From an uncultured Desulfatitalea sp. (GTDB taxonomy: Bacteria > Desulfobacterota > Desulfobacteria > Desulfobacterales > Desulfosarcinaceae), in contig CAXXMB010000002.1 in NCBI GenBank assembly GCA_963668675.2, positions 416,001 through 480,000 on the forward strand: DNA of 64,000 nucleotides, given 5' to 3'. Position numbers and translations under genes: made by a program. Each line of letters starts with the position of its first letter. Position 1 is the stretch's first letter. Shown here piece by piece: positions 20,909-30,448 of the stretch. The notes under the pieces were generated by a model. That model saw only the letters and a program-made list of their open reading frames with translations. It searched no databases and was not told the DNA's origin.

Positions 20909-21142
20909 TGAGTCATTAGGTGTTAAATCTCATAAAACGATCTTTTTCCTCTCAGTATCCGTTTTATGTCTTAAAAAATGCAGAAGGATATGCAAAACTT
21001 GCATATTGCATATCCTGAATCCCGTTCCGATGTGCCTTCCTCGAAAATGTTTTCGATGTGTCCAAGGATTTCTCATTAATTAATCACATTGTTGCTGAAA
21101 TTGAACCGATGCCAATTTTGCAACAGTTTTCGAACTTCTCCA

Positions 21143-24100
21143 TCAGTCACCCAACTGTTTAAAGTTGAACGCCATTTTTTGCTCCGTTGCATTTTCAAGC
21201 AACTCCACCAAATGGCGATGATGTGTAAAAAATAGAACTTGTGTCTTTTCCGCCAGCTCGGCCAGCACATCCAATGTGGCCAGGGCCCGCTCATCGTCGA
21301 ATCGCAGCAGGATGTCGTCCACGACGAACGGCAGGGGTTCGTTGTTCTCCAGGTATTGTTCGAGGCTGGCCAGGCGCAGGGACAGGTAGAGTTGGTCGGC
21401 GGTGCCGTCGCTCATGCCGTCGACGGTGACCTGGGCGTCGGTTTCGGAGCGGATGCCGACCAGGACCGGGTTGCCTCGGTCGTCGTAGTCGGCGCGCAGG
21501 CGGCTGAAGGCGCCCAAGGTCATGCGGGCGAAGAGGTCGCTGGCCCGGGCGATCAGGGGGCCCTGGTGTTTTTCGCGGTACTGTTCGACGGTTCTGGCCA
21601 GGATGATTGCGGCGATTTTCAGGCGGGCGTAGTGTTCGACGTCGGATTCCAGTCCGGCCAGCAGGCGCTCGGCTTCCTCGGCGTGGGTGGCGGCCTGGGA
21701 GCTGCCGTCCATCTGGTCGAGGGTGGCCTTCAGGGCGCCGATCTTCTGGTCGAGGTCCGAGCGCTCCGTTTCCAGGGCTTGGGTGGTTTCCTCCAGCTCG
21801 TGCAGTTCGGGGTCGATGCGGTCGGCATCCATGGCGGCGGCTTCGGCGCTGAAGGCGTCGACGGTGGCGCCGGCGCTGAGTTTGCGCAGCTGCTGGTCGA
21901 GGTCGGCGAGTTCCCGGGTCAGCGCTTTGCGCTGCCGGGCGCGCGTTTCGGTTTCGGCCAGGGCTTTGGGATCGGTGCAGTTGGCCTCTTTGCATAGGGC
22001 TTCGATGGTGGTGGTGCATTCAAAGCGGCGGCGCTGGGCGTCTTCCAGCTCTTGTTGGGTGGCCTCCAGGCGTTCGGCGAGGCCGGCCCGCTTGGCGTCG
22101 TCCTTGCGGGCGTGGGTCAGCTTGCCGTTGAGCAGTTCGGCGGCGCGGTCCTGGGATTCGGATTTGAGATCGGGTGCGAGGGTGTCCACCTGTTCTTCCA
22201 CTCGGGCGATGAATTGCGCGCAGTCCCGATCGATGCCTTGGATGCGTTTTTGCAGCACGTCGGCTTCGCCGGTTTTGTTCCTGACGTCGCGGACGCTTTC
22301 GATGACGGCCAGTGCGGCGGTGGGCGTGGCATCGGCGCGAATGCCGATCTTCCCGACGTTGCGCCCCCAGTCGGTCTTCCACTGGGAGAGAGTCTCCTCC
22401 AGTTCCGCCATGGCCGCGGCGCCCTCCTGCCGTTCCGCTTCGAGGCGGCGCAGCTCCTTGTCGGCCGAGGCGATGTTGGCTTCGAGATCGCGTTGGCATT
22501 TGATGTGCTTCTGAGCCGTCTTGATCAGTATGGCGAGGGGTTTGTCTTTATCCTGGGGCACGCCCACGGTATCGAGGGCCGTCAACAGGTCCGATGTGAG
22601 GACCGCCAGCAGGTCGGCGAGGCTTTCGGACTGGCGCTGCCTGGATCGCCAGTCGGCCCGTTTGTCCCGCAGGGATGCCATTTCGGCGAGCCAGGCGCGC
22701 ATCTCTTTGGGGGTTTGGGGCGTGATGGCGGCGGGTTGCCATTCGCGCTGCCACTCGGTTTGCAGTTCACTTTGCTGCTCAAGGGTCTTTTCGAGGGCTG
22801 CGATGATGTCGGCCAGCGCCTTTTCGGCTTTCTCTTTTTGAGCTTCCAGCAGGCCTTTGCGGCTGACCTGGTCGGCTTCGCGGCGGAGGCGGTCGGCGAT
22901 GTGATCGGCCCGGCCCATGCTGGTTTCGAAGGCGGCCGGCAGGTCGGAGGCTTCATCGAAATGGCGAAGTACTTCCTCTGTGGCTTCGGCGGGCGGCGTG
23001 CGGCCTTCGAGGTTCTCCCGGATCAGACCCCAGCCTTTGTCGCGCAGGCCCCGGGCGCTTTTCAGATCGGTTTCGGTGGGGACTTGCTCCGAGAGGTCGA
23101 TGGCCTGGATCCGGGCCTGGGTGTCGGCGATCTCCTCTTCTGCGGCGGCTTTGGCCTCCTGCTGTTTGTCGAAGATGCGGCGTACTTCTTCGAAGCGCTC
23201 TTCGAACCGATCTACTGTTTCCCTGGACGGCAGGGGCAGCTCTTCGATCTGTTCCAGGGGTCCCTTCCAGAGGGTCTGCCGTTTCAGGGTGCGGGTCAAC
23301 GCCTCTTCGAGTGCTGCGGTGGCGGCGCGCATGTCGGCCAGCTGCTTTTCGATGGGGCCGGCTTCCATTGCGATCTGGGCGGCCTGCTCCAGGTTGGAGA
23401 CGTCCACGGGCGGGGGCATGGCCCGGCGCTGTTCGGTCAGCTGGTTGTAGCGGAGTTCGATTTTTTTCTTTAGCCTGGCGGCCGATTCGCGTTGGGTTGT
23501 CAGGCGCTGGTAGGTTTGGGCGAGCTGCTGGATCTCTTCCACGGTGGAGGGGGGCAGCTTCAAGTCGCCGGCCGCCTGGCCCGAGATATCCGCACCGATC
23601 TCTTCGAGCATGGCAACGGCCTGGGATTGCAGGGTTCGCATGCGCGCTTCGAGTGCGGGGCGGTCTTTTTGCGCTTTGCGAAAGCTGCCCAACTCGTGCT
23701 GCAGGGACTCGATGGCGGCGGCGTTTTCGAGCAGGGCCTGGTGCAGCGGCAGGGCGTCGATCTGCTTGCCGATCTTCTCCAGGGCGGCCTGGGAGCGCTC
23801 CAGATCCCGGGTGGCCATCCTCAGCTCTTTTTCGGCGTCGAGGCGTTTGTCTCCGAAATCGTCGCCGAGGTCCGGCACGCCCCGGTAGGCGATGAGGTCG
23901 GCGTCGATCTCCTTTTTGCGGGCCAGAAGCGGCAGGGCGTCGCGGATGCGTTCGAGCCTGGCCGTTCGCTGTTTGTTGGTGGCGAGGGTCTCCTTGACTT
24001 CCGCCATGCGCCGTTGGGCATCGCGGAGCGCCTGATCGTGCTCCTTCCACGTCTTGGGCAGCAGCAGGGCTTCCTTTTGCTGTTGGCGCGCGGTTTTGAT

Positions 24101-24667
24101 GGCCCGGATGGCCTGGTTGATCTTGGGTGCCGAGCCGGTGGGCTTGAACAGGTCGCCGCACTGCTGCTCGATCTCCTGTTGGACGTTCTGCAGCGGAATC
24201 AGCCCCGCGCCGGCGGCGAAGAGGGCTTCGCCGACGCTCCCTTTGCCGGAGATGATCTCTTCGCCGCCGCGCACCAGGTCGTCGTGGCCGATGGCGAACA
24301 TCTGCTCGAAGACGTCGGCGCCGACACCGCCCAGGAACGGGGCCAGGGCGTCGTCGTCGAGCACGGTTTCGTCGTCCGGGCCGCGCAGCGTTTTGACGCG
24401 CCCCTTGCGGCGGATGAAGTCGATCTCTTCGCCGGCGCCGTTCGCCAGGGTGGCCCCGACGCGCAGATGGGCGTAGCCGTGGAGAAAATCGACGGGGGTC
24501 TGGAGCGGTATACCGAAGAGCATGTGCCGCAGGGCCCTCAGGGCCGTGCTTTTACCGGCTTCGTTGGGGCCGTAGACCAGGTGAAAATCGGGACCGGTGT
24601 CTGGCAGGTCGAGGGTGACGTCGGTAAACGGGCCGTAGGCGGCCAGCCGGATGCGCCTGATTTTCAT
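21143..24667 (-). CDS. yhaN: YhaN-like (AAA_27) SMC/Rad50-like ATPase
   Basis: AYGPFTD, GPNEAGKST, long coiled coil, MSDGTADQLYLSLRLA, PFVVDDILLRFDD, FFTHH. Confidence 0.9.
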   Translation of the reverse strand: MKIRRIRLAAYGPFTDVTLDLPDTGPDFHLVYGPNEAGKSTALRALRHMLFGIPLQTPVDFLHGYAHLRVGATLANGAGEEIDFIRRKGRVKTLRGPDDETVLDDDALAPFLGGVGADVFEQMFAIGHDDLVRGGEEIISGKGSVGEALFAAGAGLIPLQNVQQEIEQQCGDLFKPTGSAPKINQAIRAIKTARQQQKEALLLPKTWKEHDQALRDAQRRMAEVKETLATNKQRTARLERIRDALPLLARKKEIDADLIAYRGVPDLGDDFGDKRLDAEKELRMATRDLERSQAALEKIGKQIDALPLHQALLENAAAIESLQHELGSFRKAQKDRPALEARMRTLQSQAVAMLEEIGADISGQAAGDLKLPPSTVEEIQQLAQTYQRLTTQRESAARLKKKIELRYNQLTEQRRAMPPPVDVSNLEQAAQIAMEAGPIEKQLADMRAATAALEEALTRTLKRQTLWKGPLEQIEELPLPSRETVDRFEERFEEVRRIFDKQQEAKAAAEEEIADTQARIQAIDLSEQVPTETDLKSARGLRDKGWGLIRENLEGRTPPAEATEEVLRHFDEASDLPAAFETSMGRADHIADRLRREADQVSRKGLLEAQKEKAEKALADIIAALEKTLEQQSELQTEWQREWQPAAITPQTPKEMRAWLAEMASLRDKRADWRSRQRQSESLADLLAVLTSDLLTALDTVGVPQDKDKPLAILIKTAQKHIKCQRDLEANIASADKELRRLEAERQEGAAAMAELEETLSQWKTDWGRNVGKIGIRADATPTAALAVIESVRDVRNKTGEADVLQKRIQGIDRDCAQFIARVEEQVDTLAPDLKSESQDRAAELLNGKLTHARKDDAKRAGLAERLEATQQELEDAQRRRFECTTTIEALCKEANCTDPKALAETETRARQRKALTRELADLDQQLRKLSAGATVDAFSAEAAAMDADRIDPELHELEETTQALETERSDLDQKIGALKATLDQMDGSSQAATHAEEAERLLAGLESDVEHYARLKIAAIILARTVEQYREKHQGPLIARASDLFARMTLGAFSRLRADYDDRGNPVLVGIRSETDAQVTVDGMSDGTADQLYLSLRLASLEQYLENNEPLPFVVDDILLRFDDERALATLDVLAELAEKTQVLFFTHHRHLVELLENATEQKMAFNFKQLGD

Positions 24668-25917
24668 GATGCGGCGGCCTCCTTTTTCAGGCGCCGGGCC
24701 AGCAGGGCATGGGCCTGTTCGATCAGTTCGCGCATCTGCTGCGGCTCTTCGGGCTGGAGGCTCGTGTCGCCCTGGCGGTAGTCGGGCGGCAGTTTCTGAA
24801 AGAGGCTTGCCAGTTCCTGGCCCAGGGCCAGCAACGCGTCGTCATCGCATGTCAGCGCTTGCACCAGCGCACTTAGCTCGCGCAACGGTCCGGGATCGGC
24901 ATCGGGCTGGATGAGCGGGGTGGTCTTGACCTTGACCTTTTCGATCCACACCCGGTCCCCGAAATGGGCCAGGGCCGTGGATCTGACCGACTCCTTGAGG
25001 TGTCCGGGATCTGCGGCGATCCGGCTGTGGAGGTCGGTGGCGCCGCTGAAGGTCAGGCGGGCGACCACCGGCTTGGGATCATGCCGGTCGAGCGTCTCTG
25101 TGAGGGCGGCCTGGCAGCGCTCCAGGATCTCGTCGACATTTGCCGCGCCATCCAGATCGACAGTCAGCGGCTCCCAGCGGATCACGTCGACGGCGTGACG
25201 GACGATTTCCGGGGAGGCCCCCTCTTCGACCGTTACCAGCACACAGCCTTTGCCGCCGGGCTCCCGGATGTGGCGCCCTTGGATGCAGCCAGGGAAGACG
25301 ATGGGCGGGTCTACGGAAACGGTTTCGAATTGATGCACGTGGCCCAGGGCCCAGTAGTCGTAGCCCTTGTGGATCAGGTCGGCGAGGGTGCACGGGGCGT
25401 AGTTTTCGTGCCCCTCCCGGCCGGTGAGGCTGGTGTGCAGCAGGCCGATGTTGAAATGGCCGGAAACCGGTTCGGGGTAGTCCAGGGTGATGTTGTCGGT
25501 GACGGCCGTCTTGGAGAAGCTCTGGCCGTGGACGGCCACGTTGAGATCTTCGAGGATGCGGGTTTCGGGTTTGCGCGACGAGAAGAGATGCACGTTGTCG
25601 GGATACGGCAGGGTGCGCGTCATGCGGCCGGCGGCGTCGTGGTTGCCGGAGATGATCAAGGCCCGGATGCCGGCTTCGGCGAGGCGCCGCATCTGTCTGA
25701 TGAAGTAGAGGCCGGTGTTGTAATCCTTCCAGTCGCCGTCGAAGAGGTCGCCGGCGATGAGCACGAAATCCACCGCCTCTTCGACGGCCAGGTCGATGAG
25801 GTTCTCAAAGGCGCGCCGCGAGGCCTGGCGGATCTCTTCGACGGGTGCGCCTTCGTATGCTTCCAGCCGGTGCAGGGGGCTGTCCAGATGGATGTCGGCG
25901 GTGTGGATGAATTTCAT
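24664..25917 (-). CDS. yhaO: YhaO-like SbcD/Mre11 metallophosphoesterase nuclease
   Basis: ADIHLD, IAGDLFD, SGNHD, GLLHTS, WALGHVH; ATGA overlap with yhaN. Confidence 0.92.
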   Translation of the reverse strand: MKFIHTADIHLDSPLHRLEAYEGAPVEEIRQASRRAFENLIDLAVEEAVDFVLIAGDLFDGDWKDYNTGLYFIRQMRRLAEAGIRALIISGNHDAAGRMTRTLPYPDNVHLFSSRKPETRILEDLNVAVHGQSFSKTAVTDNITLDYPEPVSGHFNIGLLHTSLTGREGHENYAPCTLADLIHKGYDYWALGHVHQFETVSVDPPIVFPGCIQGRHIREPGGKGCVLVTVEEGASPEIVRHAVDVIRWEPLTVDLDGAANVDEILERCQAALTETLDRHDPKPVVARLTFSGATDLHSRIAADPGHLKESVRSTALAHFGDRVWIEKVKVKTTPLIQPDADPGPLRELSALVQALTCDDDALLALGQELASLFQKLPPDYRQGDTSLQPEEPQQMRELIEQAHALLARRLKKEAAAS

Positions 25918-26007
25918 TTTAGTTCCTTAACTTCGATGGGCTCCTGCGGCGTTGCCGGTTTGGCGCCGTCGCCATGTGCTGTTGCCGACCTTGATATCAT
26001 ACAATCG

Positions 26008-26040
26008 AGGTTACCACATCACTGTGTCAGATCGGGTCAA
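26008..26040 (-). promoter_or_regulatory. Putative operator/promoter box upstream of yhaO-yhaN
   Basis: TTGACCCGATCTGACACAGTGATGTGGTAACCT; 25/33 identical to 3658-3690. Confidence 0.55.
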
Positions 26041-26042
26041 TA

Positions 26043-26654
26043 TCAGGCCGATTTTTTAAGTCGCCCCTCCTTCTTTTCATGGTGGTTCATCAAACTCATT
26101 TTGCAGAACTCGATGGTTGCCGCTTCCACGCCGTCCAATTGATCCGGTTCGGCAATCTGCCGCTGCACCAGGCCATTGAGCAGCGCAATGAACATGTTGG
26201 CCGTTGCGTCGACGTCGACCGGGCGGAATTCTTCCTGAACCATCCCTTTTTCGATGATCTCCGTCACGGTTCGCTTCAATTTGGTGCGGCTTCTTCGATA
26301 GGACCGGATACAGGCGTTTTCCTGGTCTTCAAAACGGGCCGGGCAAGTTCTGATCAAGATACGCATGCATTCGGGCTCGTGGCGGACAATTGAGAAATGC
26401 ATGCGGATCAGGGCTTCGATGGCGTCAAAGGCGGTGAGACCAGACGGGTGCAGCCTGTTGAGCTGCTCCATGTAGATGGCTGAGGCTGTTTCGATGATGG
26501 TGGAAAACAGAGCGGTTTTGTTTTTGAAGTGGTAGAAAACGGTGGGTTCGGTAACGCCGACCTCCCTTGCGATCTGGAGGGTGGTGGTCGCCTCGTAGCC
26601 CTGTGCGGCAAACAGCCGAATGGCGGTTTTGAAGATAGCGGCCTTTTTGTTCAC
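26043..26654 (-). CDS. TetR/AcrR family transcriptional regulator
   Basis: AIRLFAAQGYEATTTLQIAREVGVTEPTVFYHFKNK HTH. Confidence 0.93.
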   Translation of the reverse strand: MNKKAAIFKTAIRLFAAQGYEATTTLQIAREVGVTEPTVFYHFKNKTALFSTIIETASAIYMEQLNRLHPSGLTAFDAIEALIRMHFSIVRHEPECMRILIRTCPARFEDQENACIRSYRRSRTKLKRTVTEIIEKGMVQEEFRPVDVDATANMFIALLNGLVQRQIAEPDQLDGVEAATIEFCKMSLMNHHEKKEGRLKKSA

Positions 26655-26717
26655 CTTCTGTTCCAGTTCATAATTTGTGCGATTGAGTCCATTTGGGCCG
26701 GCGAAATGATTCTTTTC

Positions 26718-26746
26718 TTTTTAGTAATTACTAAGTTGAGAGTCAA
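26718..26746 (-). promoter_or_regulatory. tetR promoter with palindromic operator
   Basis: TTGACT-N17-TAAAAA overlapping the perfect palindrome TTAGTAATTACTAA (26721-26734). Confidence 0.65.
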
Positions 26747-26785
26747 TCCCTTGTTATCCCTGTCTGCCTATGCACTTGGCGCCAC

Positions 26786-26818
26786 AAAGTCCCCCTTTCC
26801 CAAAGGGGGGCGGGGATG
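26786..26818. repeat. CCCCCTTT-n-AAAGGGGG REP-like repeat
   Basis: AAAGTCCCCCTTTCCCAAAGGGGGGCGGGGATG. Confidence 0.65.
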
Positions 26819-27569
26819 CCCCCCGCCCAGCACGGTCCGGTCCGTCAAACGACTCTCCTTGCAAGAAGAAAACCATCCTATTCGCCATGGAACTGTTTTT
26901 CCTTGAAATTGCCGCGTGTGGAAGGTTTGCGCCTGATGGAGGGTACTGAAAATGATTGGAACTGACATGAATGGGGGCAGTCAAGCAGCGATCCATCCGA
27001 TTTTTTGGCAACGAACTGACAAGCTTTGTCAGTTCGCCACTGCCTTTCAACGGTTATCTGAAATGCGCATGCAGGCAGCCCGCAAGCAAGGCTGGCCTGC
27101 ATCGAAGCGTTGGTTTGTGATTCAAAAGCCGTGTCTCTGCTGCAATAGTTCAGGATAGGAAATGGAGTTGACGATGGATTTCACTATGCGACCCCGGGGG
27201 GACTCCCGGTGGCCGCCCCTTCCGCCTGACGCTTGCGGACGGAACCGTGGTGCACGCCTTGATAGAAGACAAGCGCCTGGGTCTGAATCTTTTTGATTCG
27301 GCGGTGACGGTCTCCGTCGCCCCTGATCGTCAACAGGCGACGGGACAACAGTTCGCCCTGCTTAGAAAACGGCCGAAGGTGCCGAAAATCCCTGGAAAGC
27401 ATTTTTACAATCCGCTCCAGATAAAACCCTCAGCGATGAGATCCAGTGTGCGGTCCTGGCGACGCTGATCGAGGACCAGTTCGTTGAGATTGGTTTGTTT
27501 TTGGGTCGGTGGAACGATTCAATCGTTGGCCCGAAACGGGTTCGGGCCGACTTCATCATTGCCTGACGG

Positions 27570-28289
27570 TTAGTCGAAAGCCATTTCGGTTTTCCATACC
27601 TCCCAAACCTTACCGACGAGGTCCGGGCCGGGTTTCAGAGTGACCTTGCCGGGTCTCCATCCTGAAGGCGTCGCCTCTGCGCCTTTGGTGTCCCTTATCA
27701 GCTGAAATGCCTGCACCTGGCGAAAGGTCTCTTCCACGTTACGGCCCACCGGCGGGGTCAAGACTTCATAACCTTGGAGTACACCCTCCGGATCGATGAT
27801 GAACCGCCCGCGGGTCTCGACACCGGCGTCTTCATCGAACACACCGTATGCTTTGCCCACGCGACCGCCTGCATCGGACAACATGGGGAAGGGAATGCCG
27901 CCTTTCACCATTTTGGAGAGCTCCTTGTCGTCCCACATCTTATGCACAAAAACGCTGTCGATGCTGAGCGAAAGAAGTTCTACACCGAGCTTTTGAAATT
28001 CCGGGTATTTTTCGGCAACTGCCGAAATCTCTGTGGCTCAGACGAAGGTAAAATCCCCGGGATAGAAGCACAGCAGTACCCACTTGCCTAAATACTCCGA
28101 CAGTTTGACGGATACGAATTTACCTTTCAGGTATGCGGGTGCGACAAAATCAGGCACTTTCTTTCCAACCTGGATCATGGGCTTCACCTCCCTTGGACTT
28201 TCCGGTTGACTTACGGTTTGAGCTTCTGGGCTCTCCCCAACTGGACCACCTGTCGGTCTTGCACAACCGACATCCATCTCTTCCGGCAT
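27570..28289 (-). CDS. prxU: AhpC-type peroxiredoxin, selenoprotein (Sec at codon 84, TGA 28038-28040)
   Basis: Two in-frame ORFs join as [23 protein letters not shown] at the peroxidatic Cys position; hairpin TTTCGGC-AGTT-GCCGAAA 10 nt downstream. Confidence 0.92.
28010..28027 (-). promoter_or_regulatory. Putative bacterial SECIS hairpin of prxU
   Basis: 7-bp stem with loop AGUU just 3' of the in-frame UGA. Confidence 0.7.
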
Positions 28290-28335
28290 GACTTCCTCCT
28301 ATTGATGGGGTTTGATTTTCCTGCTTGGTTAATGC

Positions 28336-28860
28336 TTATAAATTTTTTCTTTCAAAAAAGCGGAACAGCAGTATGGCGGCAACGGCCAGCAGTGCAATGA
28401 CAAACCAGTGACTGATGCCAAGCACTTGGGGCAAGGTCACTTTTCCAAAGTCTCCGATAGGGATCACGTTGGTTTTCATAAAGGGATAAGCCGCCGCATA
28501 AAGCCCTCCGCCGCATAGCATGCCGAAGATTCCCCAAAGCCCGTCGAATCGGCCTTCTCCCAGCGCACCTGCCGCCGTTCCCGGACAGTACCCCAGCAGA
28601 CCCCAGCCGATGCCGAACAGTGTACCGCCGAGCAGCTGAGCACCTATGGAGGTCGACTTGACACTCAATTTTATCAGGCCGAGATCTTTGAGAAGATAAA
28701 TGCCGATAGATGCCACGACAATTGCGCTCAACATGAATTTGAGGATGGTCATGTCCATCAATCTCAGGGCGCCGACCTGCTTGTCGTACCGGAGTACGTG
28801 TGCCCGCTGCAGAAGAACGCCGAAAATGATGCCGGTGATAACACCTTGCAGTAAGCTCAT
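28336..28860 (-). CDS. YeeE/YedE sulfur-transport family membrane protein (half-size)
   Basis: Hydrophobic; GGTLFGIGWGLLGYCPGT motif. Confidence 0.88.
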   Translation of the reverse strand: MSLLQGVITGIIFGVLLQRAHVLRYDKQVGALRLMDMTILKFMLSAIVVASIGIYLLKDLGLIKLSVKSTSIGAQLLGGTLFGIGWGLLGYCPGTAAGALGEGRFDGLWGIFGMLCGGGLYAAAYPFMKTNVIPIGDFGKVTLPQVLGISHWFVIALLAVAAILLFRFFERKNL

Positions 28861-28863
28861 CTC

Positions 28864-29391
28864 TTATTTCCTTTGGATGCCGTAAATGAGGTTGGCGGAA
28901 ATCAGCCCGCCGATAAAGAATGCAATCAATGCAATGAATCCGCTGACAGAAAGCTGAGCAAGACCGCTCAGTCCATGTCCGCTGGGTCACCCGCCCGCAA
29001 GCCTCGCGCCGAACAATGCGACGGTTCCTCCCAAAAATGCGACCACTGCCCTTTTGAGCGGACTGGGTCCGAACCGCTGATGCCACATGTCGGGAACCGC
29101 CTGAAATTTGAAGTCGCCGGACAGCTTTGCTGCCAGAAATCCACCGATGATAATGCCGACGACAAACATCAACTGCCAGTTGGGCAATGACGTTGGGCCA
29201 TATTTGCCTTTACCGGTAGTAAAATAGTCGATCACTGATGTGTCGATGCCAAAAGCTTGTTCGATGACCGAGGCACTGCGGGCAAAGGTTGTTGATGCCC
29301 CGAGAAATTTCCCACTGATCAACACCGACAAGACCAGCAAAACCCCGACCAGGCCGCCGGTAAGATAGGGGTTCCAAGGTTTCTTTAGCAT
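28864..29391 (-). CDS. YeeE/YedE family membrane protein, predicted selenoprotein (Sec at codon 135, TGA 28987-28989)
   Basis: FGARLAGG-U-PSGHGLSGLAQLS matches the family GCTSGHG motif; frame continues to TAA at 28864; GGAGG RBS before ATG 29391. Confidence 0.87.
28954..28971 (-). promoter_or_regulatory. Putative SECIS hairpin of the YeeE selenoprotein
   Basis: CTGAGC-GGTCTT-GCTCAG 15 nt after UGA. Confidence 0.65.
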
Positions 29392-29554
29392 GGCTCCTCC
29401 GCATACGCTGTTAGGTGTAATCTTTTTGTTCATTGGATACCGAAAAATTTAATTACAAGCATAGGCTCATAATTCCAATTTGTAAAGCGCCATCGACCAT
29501 GCCCGAGCTTCAGCCGCGGCTTCTAATCTTTTAACAATAATAAAATGATAGTAG

Positions 29555-29592
29555 AAATCCCCCTAAATCCCCATTTGGAAAAGGGGGACTTT
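29555..29592. repeat. CCCC-TTTGGAAAAGGGGG REP-like repeat
   Basis: Near-identical to 914-950. Confidence 0.7.
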
Positions 29593-29819
29593 CTGAAGCC
29601 AGGTGCATAACCATAAAAATAATTTAGAGGAAGACGGCAGCGACTACAAAGTTTTACTGGAGCTAGAATTATTTAATTTCAAGCGATTGTTCATAACATA
29701 TGTCTTGATTAAAAATATAAATCTGGCAGATTTCTGCCATTGCAATGGCTAAAAAGGGCTAAAACGAGCTAAAAAAGAGAATGAAAAGGGGGATACCCAA
29801 AGCTGGATATCCCCCTGTT

Positions 29820-29882
29820 TTTTTATATGGTGCCGGAGGAGAGAATCGAACTCTCAAGGGGTTGCCCCCGGCGGATTTTGAG
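29820..29882 (-). repeat. att site: duplicated 3' part of tRNA-Leu
   Basis: 29828-29882 is identical to the 3' 55 nt of the tRNA at 39430-39484 and ends at the anticodon loop; tandem GGGCACA arm-like repeats near 29987-30004. Confidence 0.9.
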
Positions 29883-30260
29883 ACCAAAATGTCAAATGAG
29901 CCAAATATAGCGCAATTACAATGTCTTGATAATATTACGGTTTTGAAATCTGATTTTGGTTTCGTTTGGAAAAATTTGACCTTGACGGGCACAATTTGGG
30001 CACAGTTTTCAACCTTACAAGCTATTCTTATTTCAATTTAAACCATCCGCTTCACCACCCAATACACAGCGTACCCGACGCCGATGCCAAGGGGCAACAT
30101 GATTCATGGTCGGCACAGGGGCGTTTTTCTAATGGTCTTCGATAAATTTCCGATAGAGCCGGTTCTCTATGAAGATTAAGTTGGCCAGCTATAGGGCGTT
30201 CAGACCGAAATTTCCTTTTTTAATGAAAAGGATAATGGGCATGTCGAAAATTTCTGCAAT

Positions 30261-30331
30261 GTCATGCCGGACTTGATCCGGCATCCAGCAAGGATTGGAA
30301 ATACTAGATTCCGGGTCAGACCCGGAATGGC
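30261..30331. repeat. GTC-type REP-like inverted doublet
   Basis: GTCATGCCGGACTTGATCCGGCATCCAG ... CTAGATTCCGGGTCAGACCCGGAATGGC. Confidence 0.65.
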
Positions 30332-30448
30332 GCTAATTGCTATTTCGAATGTTAGCTTACCCTTCATAGAGAACCGGATTCCTATAAACGCCCTTTTTAG
30401 AAAATTTGATATGGAGCGGTGGTTGGAATTAATTTCAATATATGATAG

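Noticed and set aside
20986..21015. Inverted repeat GGATATGCAA...TTGCATATCC
   Set aside because: Real but isolated; cannot distinguish terminator, operator or IS relic
21239..26142. Long plus-strand and alternate-frame ORFs (up to 473 aa) over yhaN/yhaO
   Set aside because: Shadow ORFs of GC-rich coding DNA; no motifs
27160..27470. Possible gene fragment between tetR and prxU
   Set aside because: No clear start, RBS or recognisable family
29828..29882. Second tRNA-Leu gene
   Set aside because: Lacks the 5' acceptor strand and D-arm; it is the att duplication
30038..30100. 20-codon hydrophobic minus-strand ORF MLPLGIGVGYAVYWVVKRMV
   Set aside because: Too short, no RBS, in-frame stop just upstream; cannot be supported as a phage coat or toxin peptide
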